A stretch of 64,000 nucleotides of DNA, taken from Octopus sinensis. Taxonomy: Eukaryota. Positions 12,652-25,630 of the stretch are shown here, piece after piece; position 1 is the first letter of the stretch; every line of letters starts with the position of its first letter. The position numbers and the translations under genes are program-made. The stretch spans positions 68,510,001 to 68,574,000 of the forward strand of contig NC_043004.1 in NCBI RefSeq assembly GCF_006345805.1, written 5' to 3'. Below the pieces are notes generated by a model, which ran no database searches, had not been told where the DNA came from, and saw nothing but the letters and a program-made list of their open reading frames with translations.

Positions 12652-13516
12652 ACTAGCATTAAAGACCCGTCGTTGCCGGGTCATAGTGCTAGTGCATGTA
12701 TATATGTGTATATATATGTGTACATATTACATGTACATCTATATATATACATCTACACATAAAATGCAAAATACAAAGTTATATCTTGATATTGCTAGCG
12801 ATAACAATACTCAAAATATATTACAGACTGGAACTGTTAGCTCTTCTTTTTTCACTACATTGTATACTTTATAGACAATAGTCTTTTCTTTAATTTAATT
12901 TTTTATTATCCATCTGGACTATTCCTTTTCTGCACGCTAATTTTATTTTTAATTTAATTCCCATTCACGTGAAACCATTTATTCAAGTTCAAATCATTGA
13001 TGCAATTTTATACCAATTGCTATTTTTCCTTTTGTTATGTTACGATTATATTATACTTTAGTTTAATTTTAATTATTACTTACTACATATAATTCAATTG
13101 TTATTATTATTTTTATTGTTAAAGTGAAAGCATCTGATATAAAATAGAGAAATATTTTTGTTTCACTTTTAAAATGTAATAGTGGAGAAGATATGATATT
13201 GCTATGGGCTTGCTCTTGGCAAGAAGTTGAACATTTTTTTGCCCATGAAACTACATGGACCCTAAATAAGGCATGTGTAAAATTTGAATGAAATTGGTAG
13301 TGTAGTTCTCAAGTTTTAGGGAATCGTAGCGGAGAAGATATGTTATTGCTGTGGGCTCGCCCTAGGCAAAAAGTTAAAAGTTTTTGCCGATGACACTCCC
13401 TGGACCCTAAGTAAGGCATATGTAAAATTTGAATGAAATTGGTTGTGTAGTTGTCAAGTTTTAGGGAAACACACAGACAGACATACACACATTCTCAGTT
13501 TTATATATATAAAGAT
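12652..13516 (+). mobile_element. Non-autonomous Helitron-like element (Lep1/HINE-type ends)
   Basis: 5' ACTAG plus GACCCG/CGGGTC hairpin (12664-12682); 3' AAATTTGAATGAAATTGG..ACAGACAGAC..TTTTATATATATAAAGAT; inserted in (TA)n; internal 147-bp tandem duplication (13184, 13331). Confidence 0.65.
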
Positions 13517-13771
13517 ATATTACCAGGGCCTGTTCAAGATTTGGTGTTGCAAATATCCAGTGAGCTTATTAAAAAAAATTAATCGCGATAGAAACAGAAT
13601 TAATACCAGTAGGCAATATTGACCTCAACGTAACATGAATCTTGTATTAGAATACAGAATACTGCGTTGTATTCTAACACGAATAACGAACAGCAAATAA
13701 ACCAGTAGCAGGCCGCGGGAATCTACTGCTCTATTTTCCCGACAAAAGTAATGAATCTTTAGACTTCAGTA

Positions 13772-13925
13772 TGGAGGTCTGTAATAACAGATACCTGCAG
13801 ACAGTGTGCACGACTACAGCAGCAATGAATGATATATATTCATTTATTTAGAACGGTGAATCTTGAAGCAGGTAGAGCAATAAATGGATGGAAAATTCTA
13901 ATATTTACTCACGGGACAATTTTCG
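13772..13925 (+). repeat. Unclassified dispersed repeat, near-identical to 29825-29975
   Basis: Direct by-eye alignment with few mismatches. Confidence 0.85.
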
Positions 13926-14215
13926 ACGATTTCTATGTATCGCTTGTGTTTCTTTGTGTTTTTTTTAATTTTTAAGCCAATATTTTTATGGCATTATTTA
14001 TTGCAATATCTACTTCGTGGTACTCTTTACTAAAAAAGAAATATTTCACTTTCTCAAAGTTCCTAACTTTTTATGCTCAAATGTTTATGATATTCACACA
14101 CAAATTCACAACACGCACACCACACACACACACATATATATTATATATATATAATAGATAGATAGATAGATAGATAGATATATGATAGATAGATAGATAG
14201 ATGATAGATAGATAG

Positions 14216-14255
<40 letters not shown>

Positions 14256-14302
14256 TCGGTGGTGTGTGTATTTATGTGAATCTTTATAAATGTATGTGTG
14301 TG

Positions 14303-14335
<33 letters not shown>

Positions 14336-15145
14336 TGGATGATATAGATATATACACACGCACATATATTAGATAGATATATACACACATAAATATCTGT
14401 AAATATGGGCACATCTTTATAGATTTAGATATACATATGTATCCAAATGTACAATGCATGTATACGTATATACGTAAATATTATTATATACATGCGTAAG
14501 AATATGTATGCATGTATGTATATATCTATATACCTATATATATATATATACACATATACATACTTGCATATACGTATATATATATATATGCATACATACG
14601 GTTATATAAAAAGGTAAAATATTTACCACTTATCTTAAGTTTTAATATTAATACTGTTTCTGTCGCTATATGTATGTGTGTGTGTTTGTGTGTATGTACA
14701 TTTGGATACATTTTTATACTTATGCCTTTCGATAAATTCACGCTTGTATATAGAAATATGTTAATGCGTGTTTGTCAGTGTGTGTGTGTGTGTACATTTG
14801 GATATATTTGTATATTATTCCTATCGATAAATTCCCTCTTATATATAGATATATGTCAATGTGAATTTGTGCGTGTGTATGAGTGTGTGTGCGTGCTTGT
14901 GTATGGATACGTATATGCGTGTGCACGTGCGTCCAAATACACATGTGCGAACATAGAAGACCAACACACGCGCACATATACGGATACATGCATCTACGAA
15001 CTTGGCACTTAATATATTTGTGCCAATCCAATTAAACATCCACAGTCAGTACTCTCCGTTTATTTCTTCGCTTCTCTCCCTCTTTTTTATATATACATAT
15101 TTATGTTACATGTATATATAACAAAAAGCTATAACACGCATACAT

Positions 15146-15186
<41 letters not shown>

Positions 15187-15190
15187 GGTG

Positions 15191-15258
<68 letters not shown>

Positions 15259-15724
15259 AGGTATATGTATAGTAGTATATAATCTAATATGACGTGCAAC
15301 TTTTCATTTTTCAGTAGAATCAAACATGTCACACACATACGGTTCATATACATTCTGTATATCAAGGTTCATCATTCCGTAAAACTACTCATGAATAAAC
15401 TAATAGAAAATACTTTTTTCCCCACACACGCCAATGAACCGTTACCGTTATTCATCAGTCCACCAACTTATTTATACAGCAATATGGATCTGCAACCTCT
15501 ATATTAACTTCAACTTGCTGTTTCTCCCTTTTCTAATGTAGCCTCGTTATTCTCCAATATAATTTATAAATATTATTTATTGTATATGGTGTTTCATTGG
15601 TGTTTGTAATATTTTGCCTGCTGAGCAATCCAATGTCTTCTATGCGTTATCATATTGCCAATTTTCTTTCTCCCTTCTGACTATCTTTCACACACGCACA
15701 CGAGCATATATATATATATATAAT

Positions 15725-15759
<35 letters not shown>

Positions 15760-15764
15760 GGGGG

Positions 15765-15960
15765 ATAGAATTCACGAAAAAAGAAACAAAATACATAGAC
15801 AGGTGGTGTAGAAAACAAACAGATGTATTAGCATAACGCTCAGGAATTGAAGAAGTATTTTACGTTTAGAGCCTACGCTCTTCCACAGAAAGGAACACAG
15901 AAAAACAAGGAGGAAAAAAATATGTGTAGTGGCTACCGATCTATCATGGCGACTGATATA
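15765..15960 (-). mobile_element. Short HHR-bearing non-autonomous element (family H) in (TA)n
   Basis: Homologous to 27918-28047 and 49060-49135. Minus-strand motif TTT-CTGTGGA-A-GAGC-GTAG-GCTC-TAAA-CG-TA-AAA at 15857-15893. Confidence 0.65.
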
Positions 15961-15969
15961 TGTATATAC

Positions 15970-16000
<31 letters not shown>

Positions 16001-16040
16001 AACGGGAAGCTTTATGAAAATAAACAAAAGACGAAGGCAG

Positions 16041-16077
<37 letters not shown>

Positions 16078-16089
16078 GTGTGTGTATGT

Positions 16090-16128
<39 letters not shown>

Positions 16129-16520
16129 GCGTTTTTTATATACGAAAGTAAAGACTCATACTACTTATATATAGATACATACACATACATATATGTATAT
16201 ACACTGGTACATACCTACTTCCATACATAAATCTAGAAGCGAATTATTGTTGTTATTTGTAATATTTGTAAAATGTGTGTTGCATTATTATTTCTAGTAT
16301 TTTTACTTGGTTCAAATACAAACTAAGTGAGGATTATGTGAGTCCGAATGTGTAAATCGTATTTTGACAGACAAACCTATGTTATCGCGCCACGTCTTGC
16401 TCTAACTGGAAGCAGAGTTTTTTTTTTTAACTTAACAAGCAAGAATGGATTTCGGGGTTGTTTATCTCAGTATTGATCAGTTGCAATCTCAATCTGTATC
16501 ATATAACTTTAAAAAATAAG

Positions 16521-16710
16521 CACTCCGTCGGTTACGACGACGAGGGTTCCAACTGCTACGATCAACGGAACAGCTTGCTCGTGGAATTAACGTGCAAGTC
16601 GGTGAGCAATCCACAGACACGTGTAACCCTAACGTAGTTCTCAGGGCGGTTCAGCGTGCGACAAGGCTTGCCTTTTGAAATACAGGTACAACTAATTTTT
16701 GTCAGCTGGA
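16521..16710 (-). mobile_element. SINE family C 3' half
   Basis: cactccgtcggttacgacgacgaggg end shared with 47272 and 58322. Confidence 0.8.
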
Positions 16711-17035
16711 CATATTCTTTGTAAGCCTAGTTCTTATTCTATCAGTATCTTTTTGCGAACCGCTAAGTTACGTAAACACACCGACATCGGTTGTCAAGCG
16801 ATGGTGGAGGGACAACCACAAACACACAAACACACACGCAGAGACACACACACACGCACGCACCACACACACACATGCACGCACATACATACATATATAT
16901 ATATATACGACGAATTTCTTTGAGTGTCCGTCTACCAAATCCACTCACAAAGCTTTAGCAGAAGACACTTGCCCAAGGTACCGGAACCTTGTGGTTGGTA
17001 AGTAAGCTACTCACCACACAGCTACTCCTGCGCCT
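16700..17035 (-). mobile_element. SINE family A
   Basis: Reverse complement of the family A head, body and internal microsatellite. Confidence 0.8.
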
Positions 17036-17093
17036 ATAAATGTATATATATCATTAATCAGTTTTAATCCAAATTTCTTGTCAATAGAGTAAG

Positions 17094-17306
17094 AGCCGGT
17101 TTCTAACCTAGATCCAAGGCTCCTTCTTTGGAATTTCCACATCAACAACAGGGTAAGTATAAAATTGTGTGTGTATATATATGTATGTCGTTTTGTATAC
17201 GTACATATCAGGTATGTTTTGTTTTATGCATGTCTTCTCATGCATATACTTGCAAATCTAGACATGTTCATATATATTTAAATGGTAAAGTTCTGGAAAG
17301 TTTTAC
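17094..17306 (-). mobile_element. 3' UTR of RLE-type LINE (same family as 26839-27470)
   Basis: Aligns with 26839-27072; interrupted by the GATA array and Tx1 copy A. Confidence 0.7.
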
Positions 17307-17314
17307 AGAAGTAT

Positions 17315-17558
17315 AGATAGATACATAAATCTAGTAGATAGATAGATAGATAGATAGAGAGATAGAGCGAGTGAGAGAGAGATATACAGAGATAGATAAT
17401 ATAGATATATAGATAGATGATAGATAGATAGATAGATGATAGATAGAATATAGATAGATAGATAGATAGATATATAGATATATATCTATATATATATATA
17501 GATATATAGAGAGAGAGAGAGAGAGAGAGATAGATAGATAGTAGTAGATAGATAGATA
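17315..17558. repeat. (GATA)n degenerate array at the 3' end of Tx1 copy A
   Basis: Direct reading. Confidence 0.95.
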
Positions 17559-17959
17559 TGTTTCTTTATTAGCCACACAGGGCTGCACACAGATAGAACA
17601 AATTACAAGGTAGAGCTTTTCTTTTGAAGGTATAAAAAAAAAAAAAAAAAAAAAAAAGGAAGGGGGAGGTTCGATCAAAAGGGATCGTAAAAGGAGAGAA
17701 AGAGGACAAAAATAAGGGGTGTTAAAAAAAAAAAAAAAAAAAAAAAAGGGAGGGGAGAAGAAAAAAATGATCAATAGGGATCGTTATCACAGAAATGTCA
17801 ATATGAAGTGTAAGGGGAGGACAGGTGAGGTTTACCCGTGGGAAGAAAAGCCTGCGGAAAGACCACGGTAACCTCGGTCAATGAAGTCACATTTTATATT
17901 TCTTTTTTTTTTTTTTTTTTTTTTGCAAATAAGCAACTCTCTGTTTTCGATTTCTGGGT

Positions 17960-20900
17960 TCATAGGACTATGCTCAAGGTGGCTTCGTCATTCATACGTG
18001 CCATTCTTGCTACATTCACCCATCTTTTTTTAAAACATTCGCTAGACAAAACTTGCCTCTCTACTCTCACTTTCCTTTTCAAGTGGTACTTGAAGAAGTT
18101 GATGAGAGATTGACCAGAGAGGAAAGTGTTTGTCTCCAATCCTTTCAGACGCGTCCACCAGATACATTCTTTCGCCATAGCCACAAGGATGATGAAAATA
18201 GCTCTTCCTTCCCGTTTGAAGGAAGGAGGCGTGACAATATTGACGATAGACTCAGCTGATAACCGACTCGTCCCACACGTGACAGCAGTTGTTCGACATA
18301 AGCCCACAGGTCGGAAATTGTTGGACACTGAACGAGTGCGTGCAGAACGGTTTCGTCGCTCTGACCGCATCTCGGGCAGGTCGGCCCCGTGTTTCTCGAG
18401 CCGTGTCTGTAGAGCTTATCCCGAACGGGTAGCGCTTCTCGGTAGCACTGCCAGGCCAGGGATCTCTGGAAGTTGTCCATGGGCCCTGGCCCGAAAGTCG
18501 TCCCGAACAGGCGGGTCAGGTACTCCTCGTCGACGTCCAGGTTCGCCCCGAGCTCGTCGTCGTACCTCCCTCCACTAAACCCCTATAGAATGCTTTGGTT
18601 GTGTTGAAGTCACTTAAGGTCGACCCAGGACGGCAGAGTTGCTTGAGAGCAACGCGACACTCGCGGTGCCATTCGCCCTTCCTCGGCCTCTTTTTATCCA
18701 CGACTGCAGTTCGGTCATGGAGACGAGCTGCGGGAAGCGTGCCTCACAAACGGCGACCACACCTGTTCACCGTCGTCTACATAGAGCCAGAGATGTCGCA
18801 GTCTCAGCGCGTGTCTGCGCATCATCAACCACGGCATGCCCAGCCCTCCTTTTAACGGGTGTTGACAGCAAATGATCGCCTGACCATCGGGACGCATCCT
18901 TTCCACAAGAAGCGAAGAGGATGCGTTGTTGTTTTAGTTTGGTGATGGTAGGGTCGGGACAAGGTACGACGGTCAGGCGGTAGTAGATGACGGACGCGAT
19001 GTACGTGTTCGCCACCTCCGCTCGACCTTTTAGGGACAGTTTCCTCCTCTCGGCCATTGCCGGGCGAGAGTGACCCCCCTACTCGTTATCTCGTTCCAGT
19101 TCTTCTCCACTTGGAGGTCCGGACCAAACCAGACCCCGAGCAACTCAACCCGGGCCGTCGGTCCAGCGTCCCACGACGGAGGCGCTGGTGGACGGCATGG
19201 GCTTGCTTCTCCAGGTGCCTAGTCGCAAGCCCACTGACTTTTCCCGGTTGATTTTCGCTCCTGTCACCGCTTCGTAGTTTTTCAGTGTCTCGCCGACCAG
19301 CTCGATGTGCTCGTGGCTAGACACTATGACGGTGACGTCGTCCGCGTATGCAGACACGCTCGTCCCGCATCCCAATTCTCGCGGGATGCCCCTTAGAGTC
19401 GCCAGCTTCCGCAGTAGTGGCTCAAGAGTCAATACGTATAGAAGCGCCGAGAGGGGGCATCCCTGACGGACCGAACGTGCAATGTCGAAAGGTCTCGATA
19501 GATGTCCATTTACGCGAATTACCGAACGGATGCCTCTGTACAAGGCAGCTATCCAGCCGCGGAAGACGGGACCGAAACCAGCCGCTCTCAGGACTGCCTC
19601 CAAGTATCGATGGTCTACCCTATCAAAGGCTTTTGATTGATCCAAGTTGATCAGGGCCCCACCCATGCCAGGTTCGTTAACTACCCTGTCTATGATGTAG
19701 CGCATCAGATGGAGGTTGTCATGGATGGTCCGGCCTGGCACGGCGCATGTTTGCGCCTTGTCGACCAGTTTTCTCGATGACAAGCGCCAACCTCTTGGCT
19801 AGCACCTTGGCCAAAATTTTCAAGTCTGCATTAAGCAGAGTGATGGGCCTAAAGTTATCTATATACATTTCCCTTGTTTAGATCTTTCTTCAGCAGTGTT
19901 ACGGCTCCTCGGCTCACAAAACCAGGAATGCTCCCGTTTTGCTGCCAGTTGCAGTACACCGCCGCCAAGAGATCTCCAAACAAGTCTGGCATACAATTGT
20001 AAAGCTCGTAGGGTAGACCATCCAAACCCGGTGATTTGTCCCTCGAGCATTCTGCCATCGCTTCCCGCACTTCCGCCGCCGTGATGGCACCTTCGCAGCA
20101 CCCTGCCTTTCTTGTCGAGAGTCGTGGTAGGATGTAGGTAGGCACTGAAGTCCACCCTACGTTCTTGCCCTCCACTCGTTCCGAACAGTCGGGCAAAATG
20201 CTGCTGAAAGGCCTCACACATTTTACTTGGCTCGAGCAATTCGCGCCCCTGTTCATCTACCAGTGACCGAATGGTGGCTTTGTTGCCCTGTTGCGCCTCT
20301 GCCACCCGGGCCTCTCTCGCGGCTCCAACACCTTCGTTCCTTAGAGCACGCATCCTAGCTCTGACAGCACATCCTTCGTGTTTGGCGTTGAAGTGTTGGT
20401 CGAGGGCCAACCTCGCCGCCAAAACGTCGGATGCGATGCCGCTTCTAATTGCCTCTTCTAGCTTCTTAACTAGCTCACCCTCTACTCTATTTCTATCTAT
20501 GGCTAGTGCTTTGCTGTACCTAATCGCTTCTGCTTTTACTGCTCTCTTGAGGGCAAACCACCATTTGTTGTTGATGATGGCTCCCGTCAAAGCCCTCTTT
20601 ACTAGTGTGCTAATCCGGTCTCTGAAAACTTGTCTCGATGGGAAAGACGCGTTAGTTTCCAGTATCCGGGACCCTGCCTAAGTGTCTTACCTAAGTCTAG
20701 CGTACATGTCACAAGTTTGTGATCCGTGTAGCTGACTATGTGGAATTGTGGACATCCTATGCTATCTCTATCTACTGTCCTACACAGTATCCTATCTAGA
20801 TACGATCTCGACGACCCGATGCGGTTGCTCCATGTCCACGTTGGCGCATTCGGGTGGTCTAGTCGAAACCTGTCAGACAGTTGAAAGCGTCTGAGCAGGT

Positions 20901-21398
20901 CTCTGAGGCATTTGCATCCCCGTCTATTCCTATCTCTACCCACGTAGTCTACATGCGTGTCCAAGGTAGCATTCCAATCCCCCACTAAGAGTAAAGGACG
21001 AGACGTTCCCAAGAAAACTTCTAGACGTTGAAAGAAATCCGCCCGACCTGTTAAGGGCGGTGCGTAACTGATACGAGCCGAAAAGCGCACCCATTGCTGC
21101 CGTCGACATCCAGGACGACCAGTCTACCCTCCGGGTCTACGAATATTGTCCTTACATTGAGATCCAGACTCTTGTGAAAAAGTACCGCGGTGCCACTACC
21201 GCCCATTCTCGGCAGACAGGGGGAAAAATAAATGTTGAACTGTCCGCCAAACATGGTCTTTAGGGCCCGCGGATTGTGGAGTCTGGTCTCGCTTATGGCT
21301 ATGATTTCTAACTTATGTGACTTTATGTCATTTAAGAGGTACCCTTGTTTCCAAGGGGACCCCAAGCCACGCGCATTTACACAACCAATCTTGATCAT
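17960..21398 (-). pseudogene. Tx1 ORF2 (APE endonuclease, RT, CCHC-type zf), multiply frameshifted
   Basis: MIKIGCVNARGL, ISETR, GDWN, SYTDH, DQSKAFDRV, QGCPLS, YADD, CPRCGQSDETVLHALVQC in successive ORF-track segments. Confidence 0.92.
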
Positions 21399-21428
21399 AG
21401 TTCTAATGAATTAGAATACAGAGGTTAC

Positions 21429-23429
21429 TTACTGCTCGAAAGTTTTTGCTTTCTCCTCCGTTGGTTTGTCCTCGAGAAGATCCCAGTACAGTTTCTTTGT
21501 GAGATATTTTTGGCATTTACCAACCGCACTGGGGAAAATGCCTTTGAGTGTGTGGTGCAGACTTTTGGAGATGTGTATTATTTTGATGTGGTCTGGTGGT
21601 GTGTGTATGGGTGGTTGTTTGTTTTTATGTCATCTTCTGTTATGTTTGTTTTTGATTGGATGTATTCCATCAAATTTGTGTTTTTGGTGTCTATGGCTGT
21701 GAGCATGTTTGCTGTATAGTTTTTTTTGGTGTTGGTGTGGCTGTTGTTTGCGTTGGGTTTTGAAATGTCTTCGGGAGATGTATTTCCCCCTGCTTTGTTC
21801 GTGTTTGCATTTGGTTGGTTGTGTTTCTGCTCTTTATTTTCCTTCTTTTGTAGCTATTTGCCATTCCTCACTGGTTTCGTCTTCCGACGAAATTTCTGAG
21901 GAATCAGAAGGGGGGGGGTATGTTGTGGGCTTCTATGTATGTCTGTGTAAGTGGTTGTGTTGTTGTTTTCGTTGTTGTTGGTTGTTGAGTGTTTGTGTGT
22001 GTTGAGTGCGGTATAAGGGATGGGGGATCAGTTTGTGTGTGTTTTCTTTGTTTTTCTGTTCCTTTGGGTTTTGCTGTTGATGGTAGTGTTGGTATTTTTC
22101 CAGGTGTCGAGTGGTTTTTGGTTGATGACGGATTAGCTTGGTGTGCTTCTCTTGTCGTCTTCTGTGTTGATGGTGGTGTGGGTAGTAGAGCTTTTTTTCC
22201 GGAGTGCTTTGGTTGTGGTAGTGGTTGTTGTTGTTGCTCTTGGTGTGCAGTGGTTGGGCACGTCTTTTTCAAGTGTGTTTCGCTTCCACACAAATAGCAG
22301 CGTGGTCGCCTGCCCTCTACCACTATATAGAGTTTGTAGCCTCCTGGCAGTTCTATAGCGGTGGGTATCTTCTCTCTTGCTGCTTCATCCAATTGAAGCA
22401 GGAATTCGATTGATTTGCCCACATAGTCTTTCTCTCCTAGAACCGCGATTTCCAGGATGTTTGTCTCTGACATTGTCTCTGACATTTCAAAGCAGATGGC
22501 AGAGACCACCCATTGTGTTTCGACATCAAATGGTATGTTTTTTATTTGGACTTTCGTGACCCTTTTGTTTAAATAGACTGGTATCATTACCAAGTCGTCC
22601 GAATGTAGCTCCAATGTGGAAAAACGTTTTGCTAAACTTTCGTTGAGGAAACGTACTTGGACTGTACCAAATTTGTTTCCCAACTGATATATTCCTTGGA
22701 GTCCCATACAGGACGAAGGCATTTATCGATTTTTTCCTGCGGTGCATTTTCTGTTCTTCTTGTTTTTTTGTTTATTACTTTATAAATTATTGTTTTTTTT
22801 GCGTGTTTTCCACGATGTGTTGTGGAATATGAAGGTGCAATTTGTCTCCTTCTTTGGAGAAGAGTGCCTTTGTGCGGTTTATCTCTTGTGTGGTGAATGT
22901 TACAATTGTTCTTTTTTTTTTGTTTTGTTACGTCCGCAAAATTCGTTTTGAATTTGGCAGTAGAAGTGTTAATTGTGGCAGTGTTAATTGAAGTCATGGT
23001 AGTGGTGTTGGTGTTGGCGGTATTAGCAGCAGAAGGCTTGGATGTAGCATTTGACGTCGTAGTAGTGGTGTTGGTGTTGGCGGTGTTGTCTTTGGTAGGC
23101 GGCTTTGTGCCAATTTCGTTGTTGTTGTTGTTGGTGGTGATGGTGGTGGTGCTGGCATTCATGTTTTCGTTTGTATTCATTTTTGAAATCCCTTTCTCTG
23201 TCCCTTTATCATCAACAAGTGGTGTGGGGAGTGAGGGGAAATCTAAGTTAATGTCTTTGTCGCGGCGATGGTGAATGCGACGTTAGATTTGTTGTTGTTG
23301 TTGTTGGTGGTGGTGATGGTGGTGACAGCGGTGTTCACGCTGCGATGTTTAGCAGCTAGTGGTAGCAATAGTGTTTTGCTACCGTTCTGCATGACTGGCG
23401 GGCCTAGCCACGTGGTTTCTAGTTGCCAT
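21429..23429 (-). pseudogene. Tx1 ORF1 (gag-like), frameshifted
   Basis: T/N-rich N-terminus, RRM-like FGTVQVRF, RPRCYLCGSETHLKKTC knuckle, P/T/Q-rich linker, C-terminal block AVGKCQKYLTKKLY. Confidence 0.82.
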
Positions 23430-23656
23430 TTTCAAAATGAAAATGGCTAAAAAACCCACGAAAGTTTTGAAAGTTTTTTTGTAATTTCGCCCATACAGGG
23501 GCGGAATTCTACGTGAATTTCTCAGGTTTTTTAGTGAATGAATTTGCACAACGATTAAAACAAAATATTTGACAACAAGGAGTTTTAAACATGTAAAAGT
23601 GGCCAACTTACTTGGAGCCGATATGACTAGCGTCCGTCCATTGTGATGATAGATAG

Positions 23657-23702
<46 letters not shown>

Positions 23703-24410
23703 TGTTTTTTTTATTAGCCACACGGGGCTGCACACAGACGGGGCAGATTAAAAAGTACATCTTTTCTTTTTGGGGGCAAGAAAAAAAGAAAAGAAAAAGG
23801 TGGGGTACGTTTTCGATCAAAAGGGATCGTAAAAGGAAAAGAAGAAAAAAGAAAAAAAGAAAAATGAAAAAAGAAAAAAAGGAGACAAACGAAAAAAGCA
23901 TCAATAGGGATCGTGTATCACAGTGTCATGATGTAAGGTGTAAAGAGGGAAGCACATAAGGTTTATCCGTGGGAAGAAAAGCCTACGGAAAAGACCACGG
24001 TAACCTCGGTCAATATTGTTACATGTCACCACATTTGTTTGCAAGTAGGTAACCCTCTGTTTTAAATTTCCGTGTTCATAGGATTAGCTGAAGGTGGTTT
24101 CGTCATTCATACGTGCCATCCTTGCTACATTCAACCATTTTTTAAAAACATTCGCTAGACAAAACTTGCCTCTCTACTCTCACATTCCTTTTCAAGTGGT
24201 ACTTGAAGAAGTTGATGAGAGATTGACCAGAGTGGAAAGTGTTTGTCTTCAATCCTTTCAGACACCTCCACCAGATACATTATTTCGCCAAGCCACAAGG
24301 ATGATGAAAATAGCTCTTCCTTCCCGTTTGAAGGAAGGAGGCGTGACAATATTGACGATAGACTCAACTGATAAACCGACTCGTCCCACACGTGACAGCA
24401 GTTGTTCGAC
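23703..24410 (-). mobile_element. 5'-truncated Tx1 copy B
   Basis: ORF2 C-terminus and 3' UTR homologous to 17559-18290; the truncation point abuts (GATA)n at 24411. Confidence 0.92.
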
Positions 24411-24512
<102 letters not shown>

Positions 24513-25194
24513 CGTGATTAAAGCGGTAGGTACTTATCTAAATAATAAAACATGAATAGACATCAAACAGACAGATAGATGAGCAGACAAACTTTTCGCT
24601 GTATGTCCAGGTACAATATTAACATATATCCAGTTAGTTTTATGACTAGTAGTTTAAAGTGACAATCGGACTTAAGACCACTCCCTAGTCATTAGAACCC
24701 TAAACGATTAACCTTGTCCTTCGCTCTCAGAGTTCCAATCTAGCAGCTATATCTATCCACTGTATCGCTATGATATTAAAAGTCAAAATATTCATTGGCT
24801 AATGTAACCCTGGATGTAACTTTCCTGAATACAGACATGTTGCAATTATAGAAACATCTTTTCAATCAATGCTTGTCATGAGATACACAACACGGAACGC
24901 GAAAAACACCCCCTAATTATTCAGTCCCCTTAACATATTTCATTCTATTTCATTTATACTAGATTCACGTCCCCACCACTTCTTTTTTTTTCTGCATATA
25001 TTAACAATATTCTAATTGGAGACTGAAGTTTATTAATCTTCATAGACATAGATGACACTCAAAGGTCTTAGATTTTGCCAAAATCTCTTCTTTGATTAAC
25101 ATAATAAAATCTATTTAACTGTAATCCTAGATATAGAATTATGAATTAGATATGCTGCGATCGTATATTCTACGATGGAGAGATCTACTCTAAA

Positions 25195-25406
25195 TATTAG
25201 TTTCTAATTTTGGCACAAAGCAAGCAATTTCAGAGAAGGGGTAGTTCGATTACATCGACTCCCATCGCTCATCCAGGACTTAGTTTATCAACCCCGAAAC
25301 AATTTGAAGCAATGTCGACCTCGGTGATATTTGAACTCAGAACGTTAAAACGGACGAAATGCCGCTAAGCATTTTAGCCGGCGTGCTTGCGATTTCTGTC
25401 AGCTCT
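25195..25406 (-). mobile_element. Meta-like SINE (family B)
   Basis: atttgaactcagaacg B-box and gtcgacctcgg..atcaaccccgaa central domain. Confidence 0.75.
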
Positions 25407-25587
25407 AATTTAATAATTAGAGCCTTACAAGCACTAGTGATTAAACTCTAATTATTGTTCCTTAAATGAATCAAGGACTCAGTCTTACACCATACAATCT
25501 CATGTAACGGCTCATTAAAATCTATACATTGCACCAAACACAATCTCCCCCCTTCGCCTGTTTTCTCTTTCCTCCAATCTCTCTCTG

Positions 25588-25630
<43 letters not shown>

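Larger units (their letters stand above)
17559..23647 (-). mobile_element. L1/Tx1-clade LINE, near full-length copy A
   Basis: 5' UTR, ORF1 with CCHC knuckle, ORF2 with APE, RT and zf, 3' UTR ending AATAAAGAAACA|TATCTATC. Confidence 0.93.

Noticed and set aside
14405-14870. Three ~30-95-bp GTACATTTGGATA-containing repeats, one inverted
   Set aside because: Embedded in decayed microsatellite; explained by local slippage or duplication.
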